This document shows positions 30,637-40,026 of a DNA stretch of 61,097 nt, one piece after another. The translations under genes and the position numbers were made by a program. The notes below the pieces were generated by a model. That model was not told the DNA's origin and did no database searches. It saw only the letters and a list, made by a program, of their open reading frames with translations. Source of the stretch: Rhodocyclaceae bacterium (GTDB lineage Bacteria > Pseudomonadota > Gammaproteobacteria > Burkholderiales > Rhodocyclaceae); assembly GCA_036518635.1 (NCBI GenBank), contig DATDMT010000054.1:1-61097 (forward strand), read 5' to 3'. Position 1 is the first letter of the stretch; every line of letters begins with the position of its first letter.

Positions 30637-32505
30637 ATGGGAATACTCGAGAACATGTTCGGCGGCGGCCTCAAGGAAGGCCAGGTGGTGGTGGACCAAC
30701 TGACCCTCGACGAATTGCGCGGACAGATCGCCGCCATCAACAAATCCCAGGGCGTGATCGAGTTCAGCCTGGATGGGACGGTGCTCCACGCCAACGAGAA
30801 TTTTCTCGCCGTGCTCGGCTATCGCCTCGATGAAATCAAGGGCAAGCATCACAGCATGTTTGTCGACGGTGCTTACCGGCAGAGCCCGGAATACCGCCAG
30901 TTCTGGGACCGCCTCGGGCGTGGCGAATACGACGCCGGCCAGTACAAGCGGATTGGCAAGGGCGGCCGCGAGGTGTGGATTCAGGCCAGCTACAACCCGA
31001 TCCTGGATAGCCGTAACAAGCCGTTCAAAGTGGTCAAGTACGCCACCGACATCACTACCGAGATGCTGCGCAACGCCGATTCCGCCGGCCAACTGGCGGC
31101 CATCAGCAAGTCGCAGGGGGTCATCGAGTTCACCCTGGATGGCACGGTGCTGAATGCCAACGCAAATTTTCTCGCCGTGCTTGGCTACAGCCTGGATGAG
31201 GTGAAGGGCAAGCACCACAGCCTGTTCGTCGATCCCGCCTACCGCCAGAGCGCGGAATACCGCCAGTTCTGGGAGAAGCTCGGCCGCGGCGAATACGATG
31301 CCGGGCGCTATATGCGTATCGGCAAGGGCGGCCGCGAGGTGTGGATTCAGGCCAGCTACAACCCGATCCTCGATCTCAACGGCCAGCCCTGCAAGGTGGT
31401 CAAGTACGCTACCGACATTACCGCCCAGGTGAATGCAGCCAATGCCCTGCAGCGCACCGTCGACGAAACTCAGGCGATGGTCAATGCGGCGGTGGCCGGC
31501 GACCTGACCAAGCGGATTCCGATGGGCGGCAAGTCTGGCATGCTCGAGGCCCTCTGCGGTGGCGTCAATTCGCTGGTGGACACCATGGCCGGCATCGTCC
31601 GTCAGATTCAATCGGCCGCCGGCGAGGTGCTGACCGGAACCCGCGAAATCGCCAAGGGTAACCAGGACCTGTCGAGCCGGACGGAAGAACAGGCGAGCAG
31701 CCTGGAAGAGACGGCGAGCTCGATGGAGGAACTGAGCGCGACGGTAAAGCAGAACGCCGACAACGCCAAGCAGGCCAACGAGCTGGCGCAGAGATCGAAC
31801 GAGGCCGTGGCGCGCGGCGGCGAATCGGTGAAGCGGGTGGTGGCGACCATGAGCGACATCCAGGACAGCTCGAAGAAGATCGCCGACATCATCGGCGTGA
31901 TCGACAGCATCGCCTTCCAGACCAACATCCTGGCGCTGAACGCGGCAGTGGAAGCGGCGCGAGCCGGCGAGCAGGGCCGCGGCTTCGCCGTGGTGGCGAC
32001 GGAAGTGCGCAACCTGGCGCAGCGCAGCGCCACGGCGGCGAAGGAAATCAAGGAACTGATCTCCGCCTCGGTGGATAAGGTTGAAAGCGGCGCCAAGCAA
32101 GTGGCGCAGGCCGGCACGGCGATGGACGAAGTGGTGACCAGCTTCGGCCAGGTGGCGGTGCTGGTGACCGGCATCACCAATGCCAGCCGCGAGCAGGCGA
32201 GCGGTATCGAGCAAGTGACCAAGGCAGTCAGCCAGATGGACGAAGTCACCCAGCAGAACGCGGCGCTGGTGGAAGAAGCGGCGGCGGCGGCGGAAAGCCT
32301 GGAAGAGCAGGCCAAAAGCCTGGTCGAGGCGGTCAGCCGCTTCGACTTGGGCGAAAGCGGCCAGCAGCTACCGCGGCGCGCCGCCGCTGCTATTCCTGGG
32401 TCGGCCGCCGGCCACTCAGCGGTTCGTCCGCACTCGGCGAACCCGGTTAGGAAAATTTCCGCCCCCCGATTCGCTGCAGCCGAAGACCAGTGGGAAGAGT
32501 TTTGA
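30637..32505 (+). CDS. soluble methyl-accepting chemotaxis protein with two tandem PAS domains, HAMP-like linker, MA domain and C-terminal QWEEF pentapeptide
   Basis: No TM segment seen. Two ~120-aa PAS copies ([33 protein letters not shown]). Signalling hairpin [38 protein letters not shown]. Ends ...AAEDQWEEF. Confidence 0.9.
   Translation: MGILENMFGGGLKEGQVVVDQLTLDELRGQIAAINKSQGVIEFSLDGTVLHANENFLAVLGYRLDEIKGKHHSMFVDGAYRQSPEYRQFWDRLGRGEYDAGQYKRIGKGGREVWIQASYNPILDSRNKPFKVVKYATDITTEMLRNADSAGQLAAISKSQGVIEFTLDGTVLNANANFLAVLGYSLDEVKGKHHSLFVDPAYRQSAEYRQFWEKLGRGEYDAGRYMRIGKGGREVWIQASYNPILDLNGQPCKVVKYATDITAQVNAANALQRTVDETQAMVNAAVAGDLTKRIPMGGKSGMLEALCGGVNSLVDTMAGIVRQIQSAAGEVLTGTREIAKGNQDLSSRTEEQASSLEETASSMEELSATVKQNADNAKQANELAQRSNEAVARGGESVKRVVATMSDIQDSSKKIADIIGVIDSIAFQTNILALNAAVEAARAGEQGRGFAVVATEVRNLAQRSATAAKEIKELISASVDKVESGAKQVAQAGTAMDEVVTSFGQVAVLVTGITNASREQASGIEQVTKAVSQMDEVTQQNAALVEEAAAAAESLEEQAKSLVEAVSRFDLGESGQQLPRRAAAAIPGSAAGHSAVRPHSANPVRKISAPRFAAAEDQWEEF
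31660..32315 (+). repeat. 656-bp near-identical segment shared with 34561..35216 (MA-domain coding region)
   Basis: Hand alignment at constant offset 2901 nt shows roughly 25 mismatches in 656 nt, mostly synonymous. Flanking sequence diverges sharply. Confidence 0.85.
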
Positions 32506-32559
32506 TTAATTGCAAAGTTGCGACCCTGAAGCCTTAAGCCGAACACCACGGAGAATGCA

Positions 32560-35394
32560 ATGAGAACGAATCTGCCCGTTACCCAGAACGAAGTGCTCCT
32601 GACGGATCAGACCCTGATCGTCTCAAAGACCGATTTGAAGGGGCGGATTACCTATATCAACCAGGACTTCATCAACATCAGTGGCTTCAGCGAAGCGGAG
32701 CTGATCGGCGAACCGCATAACCTGGTGCGCCACCCGGACATGCCGGAGGAGGCCTTCGCCGACCTGTGGCGCACCCTCAAGGAAGGCCGGCCGTGGACCG
32801 GCTATGTCAAGAATCGCTGCAAGAACGGCGATTACTACTGGGTGCTGGCCAACGCCACGCCGATCTACGAGGGCGGCCAGGTGACTGGCTATATGTCGGT
32901 GCGGCGCAAGGCTTCGCGCGACGTGATCGAACAACTGGATCGGGTCTACCGGCAGTTCCGCGAAAAGAAGCAGGGCAATCTGCAAATCCGTTACGGCCAG
33001 GCGGTCAAGGGCGGCGGCAGTCGACTCGCCGATCTGCGGCTGTCCACCCGGCTCAGCGGCATGCTCGCCATCCTTGGTGTGCTGGTCTTGCTGATGGCGG
33101 GGCTGGGCCTGTACGCCCTGGCGGCGACCAAGGACAACGCCGATGCCTTGTTCCAGCGCCGCTTCGAGCCGATGCGCATGGTCGGCAGGATTCAGAAGCT
33201 GATGGCCGATAATCGCTCGCAGTTGCTATTGGGGGCTCAGCACGATCCCGCCGGGAACCTGGCCAAGACCCATGATCATCCGATCGGCCAGCATACCGAT
33301 GCCGTTGCCGCCAATATCGCCGAGATCACTCAGCTCTGGGAAAGCTACTACGGCTTGATCCGCGCCGAAGAGCACAAGCGGCTCGCCGACGCCTATCTGG
33401 AGTCGCGCAAGCGCTTTGTCGGCGAAGGCCTCAAGCCGGCCTCCGCAGCCTTGGCCGCGGGCGACTATGCGCAAGCCAATGCCCTGATCATCAATAAGGT
33501 AAACCCCTTGTACGTCGAAACGGCGGACAAGGCTGAAGCGCTGTTCAAATACCTGAGTGGGCACGCCAAGGAAGAGTTCGCCGATTCCAACGTGGCCTAC
33601 GAGCGGACGCGCATGGCCTTCGTCGTCATCCTGGCGCTGCTGACCGCTATCGGCGTGTTTGGCGCGGTGCGTCTGCTGGCATCGATCCGCCGGCCGATGG
33701 ATACCGTGCTCGACACCCTGCGCAACGTGACCCAGGGCAATTACTCCAACGAAATCGACATCACCCGCAACGACGAACTGGGCAAGGTGTTGCAGGGCTT
33801 GCAGACCATGCAGACCCGGTTGGGCTTCGAATTGGCCGACTCCAAGCGCGTCGCCGACGAGATGACGCGGGTCAAGATCGCCCTGGATAACGTTAGCACT
33901 GGGGTGATGATCGCGGATGCCAGCCGGACCGTGATCTACGCCAACAAATCGGTGGTCCGCATCCTCAAGGGCGCCGAGGCGGCGATCCGCCAGCAGTTGC
34001 CGAACTTCAATGCCGAGCACATGATCGGCGTCAATATCGATACCTTCCATAAGAATCCGGCCCACCAGGCGAAGCTGCTGGCCACCTTCACCGATCCCTA
34101 CGTCGCCAACCTGCAGATTGCCGACCGCCACCTGCGGGTGACCGCCAGCCCGGTGATCAACGATCGTGGCGAGCGCCTGGGTGCCGTGGCGGAGTGGCTG
34201 GACCGTACCGCCGAAATCAATGTTGAGCGGGAGGTGGAAGGCATCGTCTTTGCCGCCGCCCAGGGCGACTTCACCAAGCGCATCAAAGAAGAGGACAAGG
34301 AAGGCTTCTTCAAATCGCTGGCGGTGGGCATGAACCAGTTGATGACCACCAGCGCCCAAGGCCTTAATGCCGTCGCCGAAGTCCTCGGCGCCCTGGCGCA
34401 GGGGGATTTGACGCGGCAGGTGGATGGCGATTACCAGGGCACCTTCGGTCAACTCAAGGACGACACCAACACCACCGTCGAGCGGCTGAAGGAAGTCGTC
34501 GGCCGCATCCAGGAAGCCACCCAGGCGATCAACACCGCCGCCCAGGAAATCGCCGCCGGCAACCAGGACCTGTCGAGCCGCACGGAAGAACAGGCGAGCA
34601 GCCTGGAAGAGACGGCGAGCTCGATGGAGGAGCTGAGTTCGACGGTAAAGCAGAACGCCGACAACGCCAAGCAGGCCAACGAGCTGGCGCAGAAATCGAA
34701 CGAGGCGGTGGCGCGCGGCGGCGAATCGGTGAAGCGGGTGGTCGCGACTATGAGCGACATCCAAGACAGCTCGAAGAAGATCGCCGACATCATTGGCGTG
34801 ATCGACAGCATCGCCTTCCAGACCAACATCCTGGCGCTGAACGCCGCGGTGGAAGCGGCACGAGCCGGCGAGCAGGGCCGCGGCTTTGCCGTGGTGGCGA
34901 CGGAAGTGCGCAACCTGGCGCAGCGTAGCGCCACGGCGGCGAAGGAAATCAAGGAACTGATCTCCGCCTCGGTGGATAAGGTCGAAAGCGGCGCCAAGCA
35001 AGTGGCGCAGGCCGGCACGGCGATGGACGAAGTGGTGACCAGCTTCGGCCAGGTGGCGGTGCTGGTGACCGGCATCACCAACGCCAGTCGCGAGCAGGCG
35101 AGCGGCATCGAACAAGTGACCAAGGCGGTCAGTCAGATGGACGAAGTCACCCAGCAGAACGCGGCGCTGGTGGAAGAAGCAGCGGCGGCGGCGGAGAGCC
35201 TGGAAGAGCAGGCCAAGGGCCTGGTGGATGCGGTCAGCCAGTTCAACCTGGGCAGAACCCAGCAAAAGCCGGCACTGCGTTCGATGGCCGCGCTGCCGAG
35301 CCAGAAGCCGGCCCAGGCGCGCCCGGCCAGCCAGATCAAGAAGATTCCGCCGCCCCATCTCGCCAACTCCGAAGACGAGTGGGAAGAGTTCTAA
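32560..35394 (+). CDS. multi-sensor methyl-accepting chemotaxis protein: Aer-like N-terminal PAS, TM, periplasmic helical domain, TM, HAMP, second PAS, HAMP, MA domain, EWEEF pentapeptide
   Basis: The N-terminus [72 protein letters not shown] resembles the E. coli Aer FAD-PAS. TMs [23 protein letters not shown] and [19 protein letters not shown]. The MA domain is identical in type to that of the preceding gene. Confidence 0.9.
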   Translation: MRTNLPVTQNEVLLTDQTLIVSKTDLKGRITYINQDFINISGFSEAELIGEPHNLVRHPDMPEEAFADLWRTLKEGRPWTGYVKNRCKNGDYYWVLANATPIYEGGQVTGYMSVRRKASRDVIEQLDRVYRQFREKKQGNLQIRYGQAVKGGGSRLADLRLSTRLSGMLAILGVLVLLMAGLGLYALAATKDNADALFQRRFEPMRMVGRIQKLMADNRSQLLLGAQHDPAGNLAKTHDHPIGQHTDAVAANIAEITQLWESYYGLIRAEEHKRLADAYLESRKRFVGEGLKPASAALAAGDYAQANALIINKVNPLYVETADKAEALFKYLSGHAKEEFADSNVAYERTRMAFVVILALLTAIGVFGAVRLLASIRRPMDTVLDTLRNVTQGNYSNEIDITRNDELGKVLQGLQTMQTRLGFELADSKRVADEMTRVKIALDNVSTGVMIADASRTVIYANKSVVRILKGAEAAIRQQLPNFNAEHMIGVNIDTFHKNPAHQAKLLATFTDPYVANLQIADRHLRVTASPVINDRGERLGAVAEWLDRTAEINVEREVEGIVFAAAQGDFTKRIKEEDKEGFFKSLAVGMNQLMTTSAQGLNAVAEVLGALAQGDLTRQVDGDYQGTFGQLKDDTNTTVERLKEVVGRIQEATQAINTAAQEIAAGNQDLSSRTEEQASSLEETASSMEELSSTVKQNADNAKQANELAQKSNEAVARGGESVKRVVATMSDIQDSSKKIADIIGVIDSIAFQTNILALNAAVEAARAGEQGRGFAVVATEVRNLAQRSATAAKEIKELISASVDKVESGAKQVAQAGTAMDEVVTSFGQVAVLVTGITNASREQASGIEQVTKAVSQMDEVTQQNAALVEEAAAAAESLEEQAKGLVDAVSQFNLGRTQQKPALRSMAALPSQKPAQARPASQIKKIPPPHLANSEDEWEEF
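34561..35216 (+). repeat. second copy of the 656-bp MA-domain repeat (see 31660..32315)
   Basis: Same hand alignment as for 31660..32315. Confidence 0.85.
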
Positions 35395-35447
35395 TACCCT
35401 GGCAAGCTCGCCGCCCAGCGGGTGGCGAGCACCTTGAATCTATATAA

Positions 35448-36332
35448 ATGGCTATCGTTCCTGGCACCCCTCCCGCACCAAGCTTGAGGCCGGATCGCGA
35501 ATTTCATTTCGCCGATGCGGACTTCGAACGCGTGCGGGCGTTGATCTATAAACATGCCGGCATCGCCCTGGCCCCGATCAAGCGCGACATGGTCTATAGC
35601 CGCCTGGCGCGGCGCTTGCGCGCCCTGGGCTTGAGCACCTTCGCCCAGTACCTGAAGGTGCTGGAGGCCGGCGACGAGCAGGAATGGGAAACCTTCGTCA
35701 ATTCCCTGACGACCAACCTCACCTCCTTCTTCCGCGAAGCCCACCACTTCGACGTGCTCACCGAGCATATGCGCAAGGCCAAGACGCGGCCCTACCGCAT
35801 CTGGTGTTCGGCGGCGTCCACCGGCGAGGAGCCCTATTCCCTGGCGATGACGGCCTGCGAGGCGTTCGGTTCGCTGACGCCGCCGGTCAGCATCGTCGCC
35901 AGCGATATCGACACCAATGTGCTGGCGACGGCGGAGCGCGGCGTGTATGCCTTGGAGCGGGTGGAAAAACTGCCGCCGGCCCGCTTGCAGAAGTTCTTCC
36001 TGAAGGGCACCGGCGAGCGCAGCGGCTATGCCCGGGTGCGCCCGGAGTTGTTGCAACTGGTCACCTTCCGCCAGATCAACCTGCTCGATGCCCGTTATCC
36101 GGTGGACGGCCCCTTCGATGCGCTGTTCTGCCGCAACGTCATGATCTACTTCGACAAGCAGACGCAGTACGCCATCCTGGAAAAGTTCAAGCCCCTGCTC
36201 AAGCCGGAGGGTTTGCTGTTCGCCGGCCACTCGGAGAGCTTCATGCATGCGGCGAAGCTGTTCCGCTCCCTCGGCCGCACGGTGTATTGCCACACCGAAC
36301 ACAATCACCCTGAGGTTCACTCGCATCGATGA
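35448..36332 (+). CDS. cheR: chemotaxis protein methyltransferase CheR
   Basis: Contains LTTNLTSFFREAHHF and IWCSAASTGEEPYSLAM, plus FDALFCRNVMIYFD. Confidence 0.95.
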   Translation: MAIVPGTPPAPSLRPDREFHFADADFERVRALIYKHAGIALAPIKRDMVYSRLARRLRALGLSTFAQYLKVLEAGDEQEWETFVNSLTTNLTSFFREAHHFDVLTEHMRKAKTRPYRIWCSAASTGEEPYSLAMTACEAFGSLTPPVSIVASDIDTNVLATAERGVYALERVEKLPPARLQKFFLKGTGERSGYARVRPELLQLVTFRQINLLDARYPVDGPFDALFCRNVMIYFDKQTQYAILEKFKPLLKPEGLLFAGHSESFMHAAKLFRSLGRTVYCHTEHNHPEVHSHR

Positions 36333-36934
36333 GCGAATTGGGCTTCGTTGAACATCTCGCCAGCAATCTTTACTACGACCGCAATTTCGAGATCGAAGCG
36401 GTCAAGGTATTGCCCGGCGAGTACTACGTGACATCGACCGACATGGCCGTGGTCACGGTATTGGGTTCCTGTGTTTCCGCCTGCATCCGCGATCGGGAAA
36501 AGGGCATCGGTGGCCTCAACCACTTCATGCTGGCCGACGGCGGCAGCGATCCGATGGCCGGGGCCTCGGCGCGCTACGGCGGCTACGCGATGGAAGTGCT
36601 GGTGAACCATCTGCTCAAGCTCGGCGCCCGTCGCGAAAAGCTTGAAGCCAAGGTCTTCGGCGGCGGCAAGGTGATGGCCAGCCTGGCCGGCACCATGGTC
36701 GGCGAGCGCAATGCCAGCTTCGTACTGCAGTACCTGGCGACGGAAAAGATCGACATCGTCTCCCAGGACTTGCTCGATATCTATCCGCGCAAGGTGTACT
36801 TCTTTCCCAAGACCGGCCGGGTCATGGTGCGCAAGCTGGTGCGGCTGCACAACGACACGGTGGCGCGGCGCGAGAAGGAATACGCCTCGCGCCTGGTGGA
36901 GGCGCCCGTCTCCGGCGATGTCGAGCTTTTCTAA
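36329..36934 (+). CDS. cheD: chemoreceptor glutamine deamidase CheD (with unusual C-terminal GDVELF tail)
   Basis: Contains VTVLGSCVSACIRD (catalytic Cys) and GLNHFMLA. 4-nt overlap with cheR. Confidence 0.9.
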   Translation: MSELGFVEHLASNLYYDRNFEIEAVKVLPGEYYVTSTDMAVVTVLGSCVSACIRDREKGIGGLNHFMLADGGSDPMAGASARYGGYAMEVLVNHLLKLGARREKLEAKVFGGGKVMASLAGTMVGERNASFVLQYLATEKIDIVSQDLLDIYPRKVYFFPKTGRVMVRKLVRLHNDTVARREKEYASRLVEAPVSGDVELF

Positions 36935-36956
36935 AATTCAAGTGTTCTGACCGGAG

Positions 36957-38027
36957 ATGCCATTGCCGATCAAGGTTCTCGTTGTCGACGATTCTGCGCT
37001 GATGCGGGCGCTGCTCACCGAACTGATCGACGGTGCGCCCGATATGAAAGTGGTCGGCGCGGCCCCGGATCCGATCGCTGCGCGGGAAATGATCAAGTCC
37101 CTGGCACCCGACGTGGTGACCCTGGACGTGGAAATGCCGCGGATGGATGGCCTGGAGTTTCTCGGCCGTTTGATGCGGCTACGGCCGATGCCGGTGGTGA
37201 TGATCTCCTCCTACACCGAGCGTGGGTCGCAAATCACCCTGCAGGCCCTGGAGCTGGGTGCGATCGACTTCGCCACCAAGCCCCAGGCCGACAATCCGGA
37301 ACGCCTGCAGCGCTATGCGGAAGAGCTGCGCGACAAGATTCGCACCGCCTTCGGTGCCCGCCTCGGCCTGCGCTCCGCAGTCCGCGCTGCCGCGCCCGCC
37401 CCGGCGGCGCCGGCCAGTCTGGCAGGTGACATTCCGGCCCGCGTGCTGACGGAGAAGGTGGTGGCCCTCGGCGCCTCCACCGGCGGTACCGAGGCCATTC
37501 GCGCGGTCCTCACTGCCCTGCCGGCGGAAATGCCGCCCATCGTCATGGTCCAGCACATGCCGGAGACCTTCACCCCATCCTTTGCTGCGCGCCTGGATAG
37601 CCTGTCCCGGCTGACGGTGATCGAGGCCAAGGGCGGCGAGCGGCTGACCCCGGGTCATGCCTATCTGGCCCCGGGCCATTCCCACCTGCTGGTGAAGAAG
37701 CAGGGCGGCGCGTTTTATACCGAACTCAGCAAGGCCGATCCGGTGAACCGCCACCGTCCCGCCGCCGACGTGTTGTTCCATTCTGTCGCCGCGGAGGTGG
37801 GCAAGAACGCCCTCGGCGTGATCCTCACCGGCATGGGCAAGGACGGCGCGCAGGGCCTATTGGAAATGCGCAATGCCGGATCGTGGAACATCGGCCAGGA
37901 TCAGGATAGTTGCGTGGTCTACGGCATGCCCCGGGCGGCGGCCGAGATCGGCGCGCTGCACGAGGTTGCGGCCCTGGGCGAGATTGCTCCGCGCCTTGTT
38001 GCGCACCTGCGCAGGGCCAGCCCCTGA
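36957..38027 (+). CDS. cheB: chemotaxis response regulator protein-glutamate methylesterase CheB
   Basis: REC IKVLVVDDSALMR...VVTLDVEMPRMDG. Esterase motifs ALGASTGGTEA, VMVQHMP and ILTGMGKDGA. Confidence 0.95.
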   Translation: MPLPIKVLVVDDSALMRALLTELIDGAPDMKVVGAAPDPIAAREMIKSLAPDVVTLDVEMPRMDGLEFLGRLMRLRPMPVVMISSYTERGSQITLQALELGAIDFATKPQADNPERLQRYAEELRDKIRTAFGARLGLRSAVRAAAPAPAAPASLAGDIPARVLTEKVVALGASTGGTEAIRAVLTALPAEMPPIVMVQHMPETFTPSFAARLDSLSRLTVIEAKGGERLTPGHAYLAPGHSHLLVKKQGGAFYTELSKADPVNRHRPAADVLFHSVAAEVGKNALGVILTGMGKDGAQGLLEMRNAGSWNIGQDQDSCVVYGMPRAAAEIGALHEVAALGEIAPRLVAHLRRASP

Positions 38028-38080
38028 GGCTTATACTCTGCCCCGCCCGCCGCGCATAGACATCAGTTAGGAGAGCCAGC

Positions 38081-38386
38081 ATGCAAACCAATCTCGTCAA
38101 GGCCGACGGTAAGGCGACGATTCGCCTGACCGGCCGCTTCGACTTCAATTCGCACCGTGAATTCCGCGAGTGCGTCGATGGTGCCCTGCAGGACGCCGAT
38201 GCCAAGGAAGTGGTGGTAGACCTCGCTGCGGTGGATTACCTCGACAGCTCGGCCCTCGGCATGCTGCTGATGTTGCGCGACAAGGCGCGGGCCGCCGGCA
38301 AGACGACCACCCTGTCCAACTGCCGCGGCGCCGTGAAGCAGGTGTTGGATATCGCGAATTTCGGCAAACTGTTTCAGATCGCCTGA
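38081..38386 (+). CDS. STAS-domain anti-sigma-factor antagonist-like protein (HsbA/SpoIIAA class)
   Basis: 101 aa. Contains VVDLAAVDYLDSSALGMLLMLRDKA (conserved phosphorylatable Ser context DSSALG). RBS GGAGAG lies upstream. Confidence 0.85.
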   Translation: MQTNLVKADGKATIRLTGRFDFNSHREFRECVDGALQDADAKEVVVDLAAVDYLDSSALGMLLMLRDKARAAGKTTTLSNCRGAVKQVLDIANFGKLFQIA

Positions 38387-38424
38387 ATCGCCCCGCTCGC
38401 AGACCACTGCGCCGCCGAGGTGGC

Positions 38425-40026
38425 ATGAACTACCTGCTGGCAACCGACCAGGCCGAAGCGCTGACCGGCCTCGTTTCCCGCCTGTCCGCGCTCGGCTACC
38501 AGCAGGGGCCGGACGCTGGCGTGATGCTGGCCTGTTTCCGCGATCCCGGCGAGCTGGAGCATGCGCTGGCGGCGGCGCCGGGAACCTCCTTCGTACTCGG
38601 CATTTATCTGCCGGGGCAGCAGCAGCAGGCCGGCTCGATGCTGGCCGCCGGCGCAGATGCCTGCCTGCCCAGCGATGCGAGCAACGCCTTGCTGGAATCC
38701 CAACTCCTCGCCATTGCCCGGCGCCACGCGGCGCGGGATCGGCAGGACCTGCGCATCGCCCGGCATGAGCAGGAGCAGGATGCCGCCTACCTGCTGCTGG
38801 AGCGGGTGCTGAGCCAGTACCGGCACGAGGCGGCGGATATTTCATTCAAAAGCCTGGGGGTGTCGCCGTCCGGCGGTGACATCTTCCTGGCGGTACGTAC
38901 TCCGTCTGCGGTGCTGCACCTGTTGTTCGTGGACGGCCCGGGCACGTCGATGTTGCGTTCCCTGGATATCCTGCCGGTGCTGCCGGTGTTTCACAGCATG
39001 AGCGAGAAAGGCTTCAGCCTGGATTCCATCGCCCGCGAGATGAACGACAAGGCGCGCCTGCTGTTGCCCGAGGGCCGCCATATCGCCTGCACCCTGGCAG
39101 CGGTGGATTTCCGCGACCCGCTGATTCAGTTCTGGAACGGCGGTAATCCACGGCCGATCGTGGTCGATCGGCAAGGACGGTTGGTGTTCGAGTGTCCGAC
39201 GGTGCACCCGCCGCTCGGCGCGGTAGCGCATGCGGCCTTCTGCGGCACGTTGAATGCCTACGCCTTTCAGGAGGATGACGGTCTGATCCTCTGCTCGGAT
39301 GGCTTGATCGGCGGCGAATCACCCCCCGCACTCGGCTACTCCGGGGTGCGTGCCGCACTCGCCGCCGCCGGCGATCCAGAGTCTCGGGCGCAGGCGGTGT
39401 TCGATGCCTTCCGCCGCCGGATGGATGGCGCTTCCCCCGCGGACGATGCTTCGGTGTTGGCCCTGCATTGCCGCAAGGCCGCACTGGCGGTGCGCAGTAC
39501 GGAAGCCTCGCCGATGGTCGATACCGCCGGTGCCCATTGGCGCGTCACCCTGCGTCTTGGCGCCGAAGAATTGCGCCGCGTGGACGCGGTGCCGGCCTTG
39601 CTGGGCGTCGCCAGCCAGATCGAGACCGCACGGATGCCCAGCGGCGAGCTGTTCGTGGTGCTCTCCGAGTTGTTCAACAACGCCCTGGACCATGGTCTGT
39701 TGAAACTGGATTCCGCCCTGAAGGCCGGGCCGGATGGCATGGCGGATTACCTCGACGAACGCTCGCTGCGCCTTGCGGCATTGCGGCATGGGGTCGTCGA
39801 AATGTCCGTGGAGGCAATCACCCACAATGGCAAGCATGCGATCCGGGTGCACTGCCGAGATAGTGGCGAGGGCTTCGACCATCGCGCCATGGGGTTGGAT
39901 GCCGTCGAGGACAGCGAACGCCCCTATGGTCGCGGCCTGATGCTGCTGCGCAGGCTCGCCGTGGCCATCGAATTCAACGACCCTGGCAACGAAGTCACGG
40001 TCGTCATGGGGACGCCGGATTCCTAG
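38425..40026 (+). CDS. three-domain partner-switch enzyme: degenerate receiver + SpoIIE/PP2C phosphatase + GHKL anti-sigma-type Ser kinase (HsbR/CrsR-like)
   Basis: Start at MNYLLATDQ (in frame within track ORF 38170..40026). PP2C motifs SGGDIFLAV, LFVDGPGTS, ILCSDGL and ADDASVLALH. Kinase motifs LSELFNNALDHG, RDSGEGF and YGRGLMLL. By hand alignment the N-terminal ~100 aa are receiver-like but lack the DD pocket and the phospho-Asp. Confidence 0.8.
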   Translation: MNYLLATDQAEALTGLVSRLSALGYQQGPDAGVMLACFRDPGELEHALAAAPGTSFVLGIYLPGQQQQAGSMLAAGADACLPSDASNALLESQLLAIARRHAARDRQDLRIARHEQEQDAAYLLLERVLSQYRHEAADISFKSLGVSPSGGDIFLAVRTPSAVLHLLFVDGPGTSMLRSLDILPVLPVFHSMSEKGFSLDSIAREMNDKARLLLPEGRHIACTLAAVDFRDPLIQFWNGGNPRPIVVDRQGRLVFECPTVHPPLGAVAHAAFCGTLNAYAFQEDDGLILCSDGLIGGESPPALGYSGVRAALAAAGDPESRAQAVFDAFRRRMDGASPADDASVLALHCRKAALAVRSTEASPMVDTAGAHWRVTLRLGAEELRRVDAVPALLGVASQIETARMPSGELFVVLSELFNNALDHGLLKLDSALKAGPDGMADYLDERSLRLAALRHGVVEMSVEAITHNGKHAIRVHCRDSGEGFDHRAMGLDAVEDSERPYGRGLMLLRRLAVAIEFNDPGNEVTVVMGTPDS

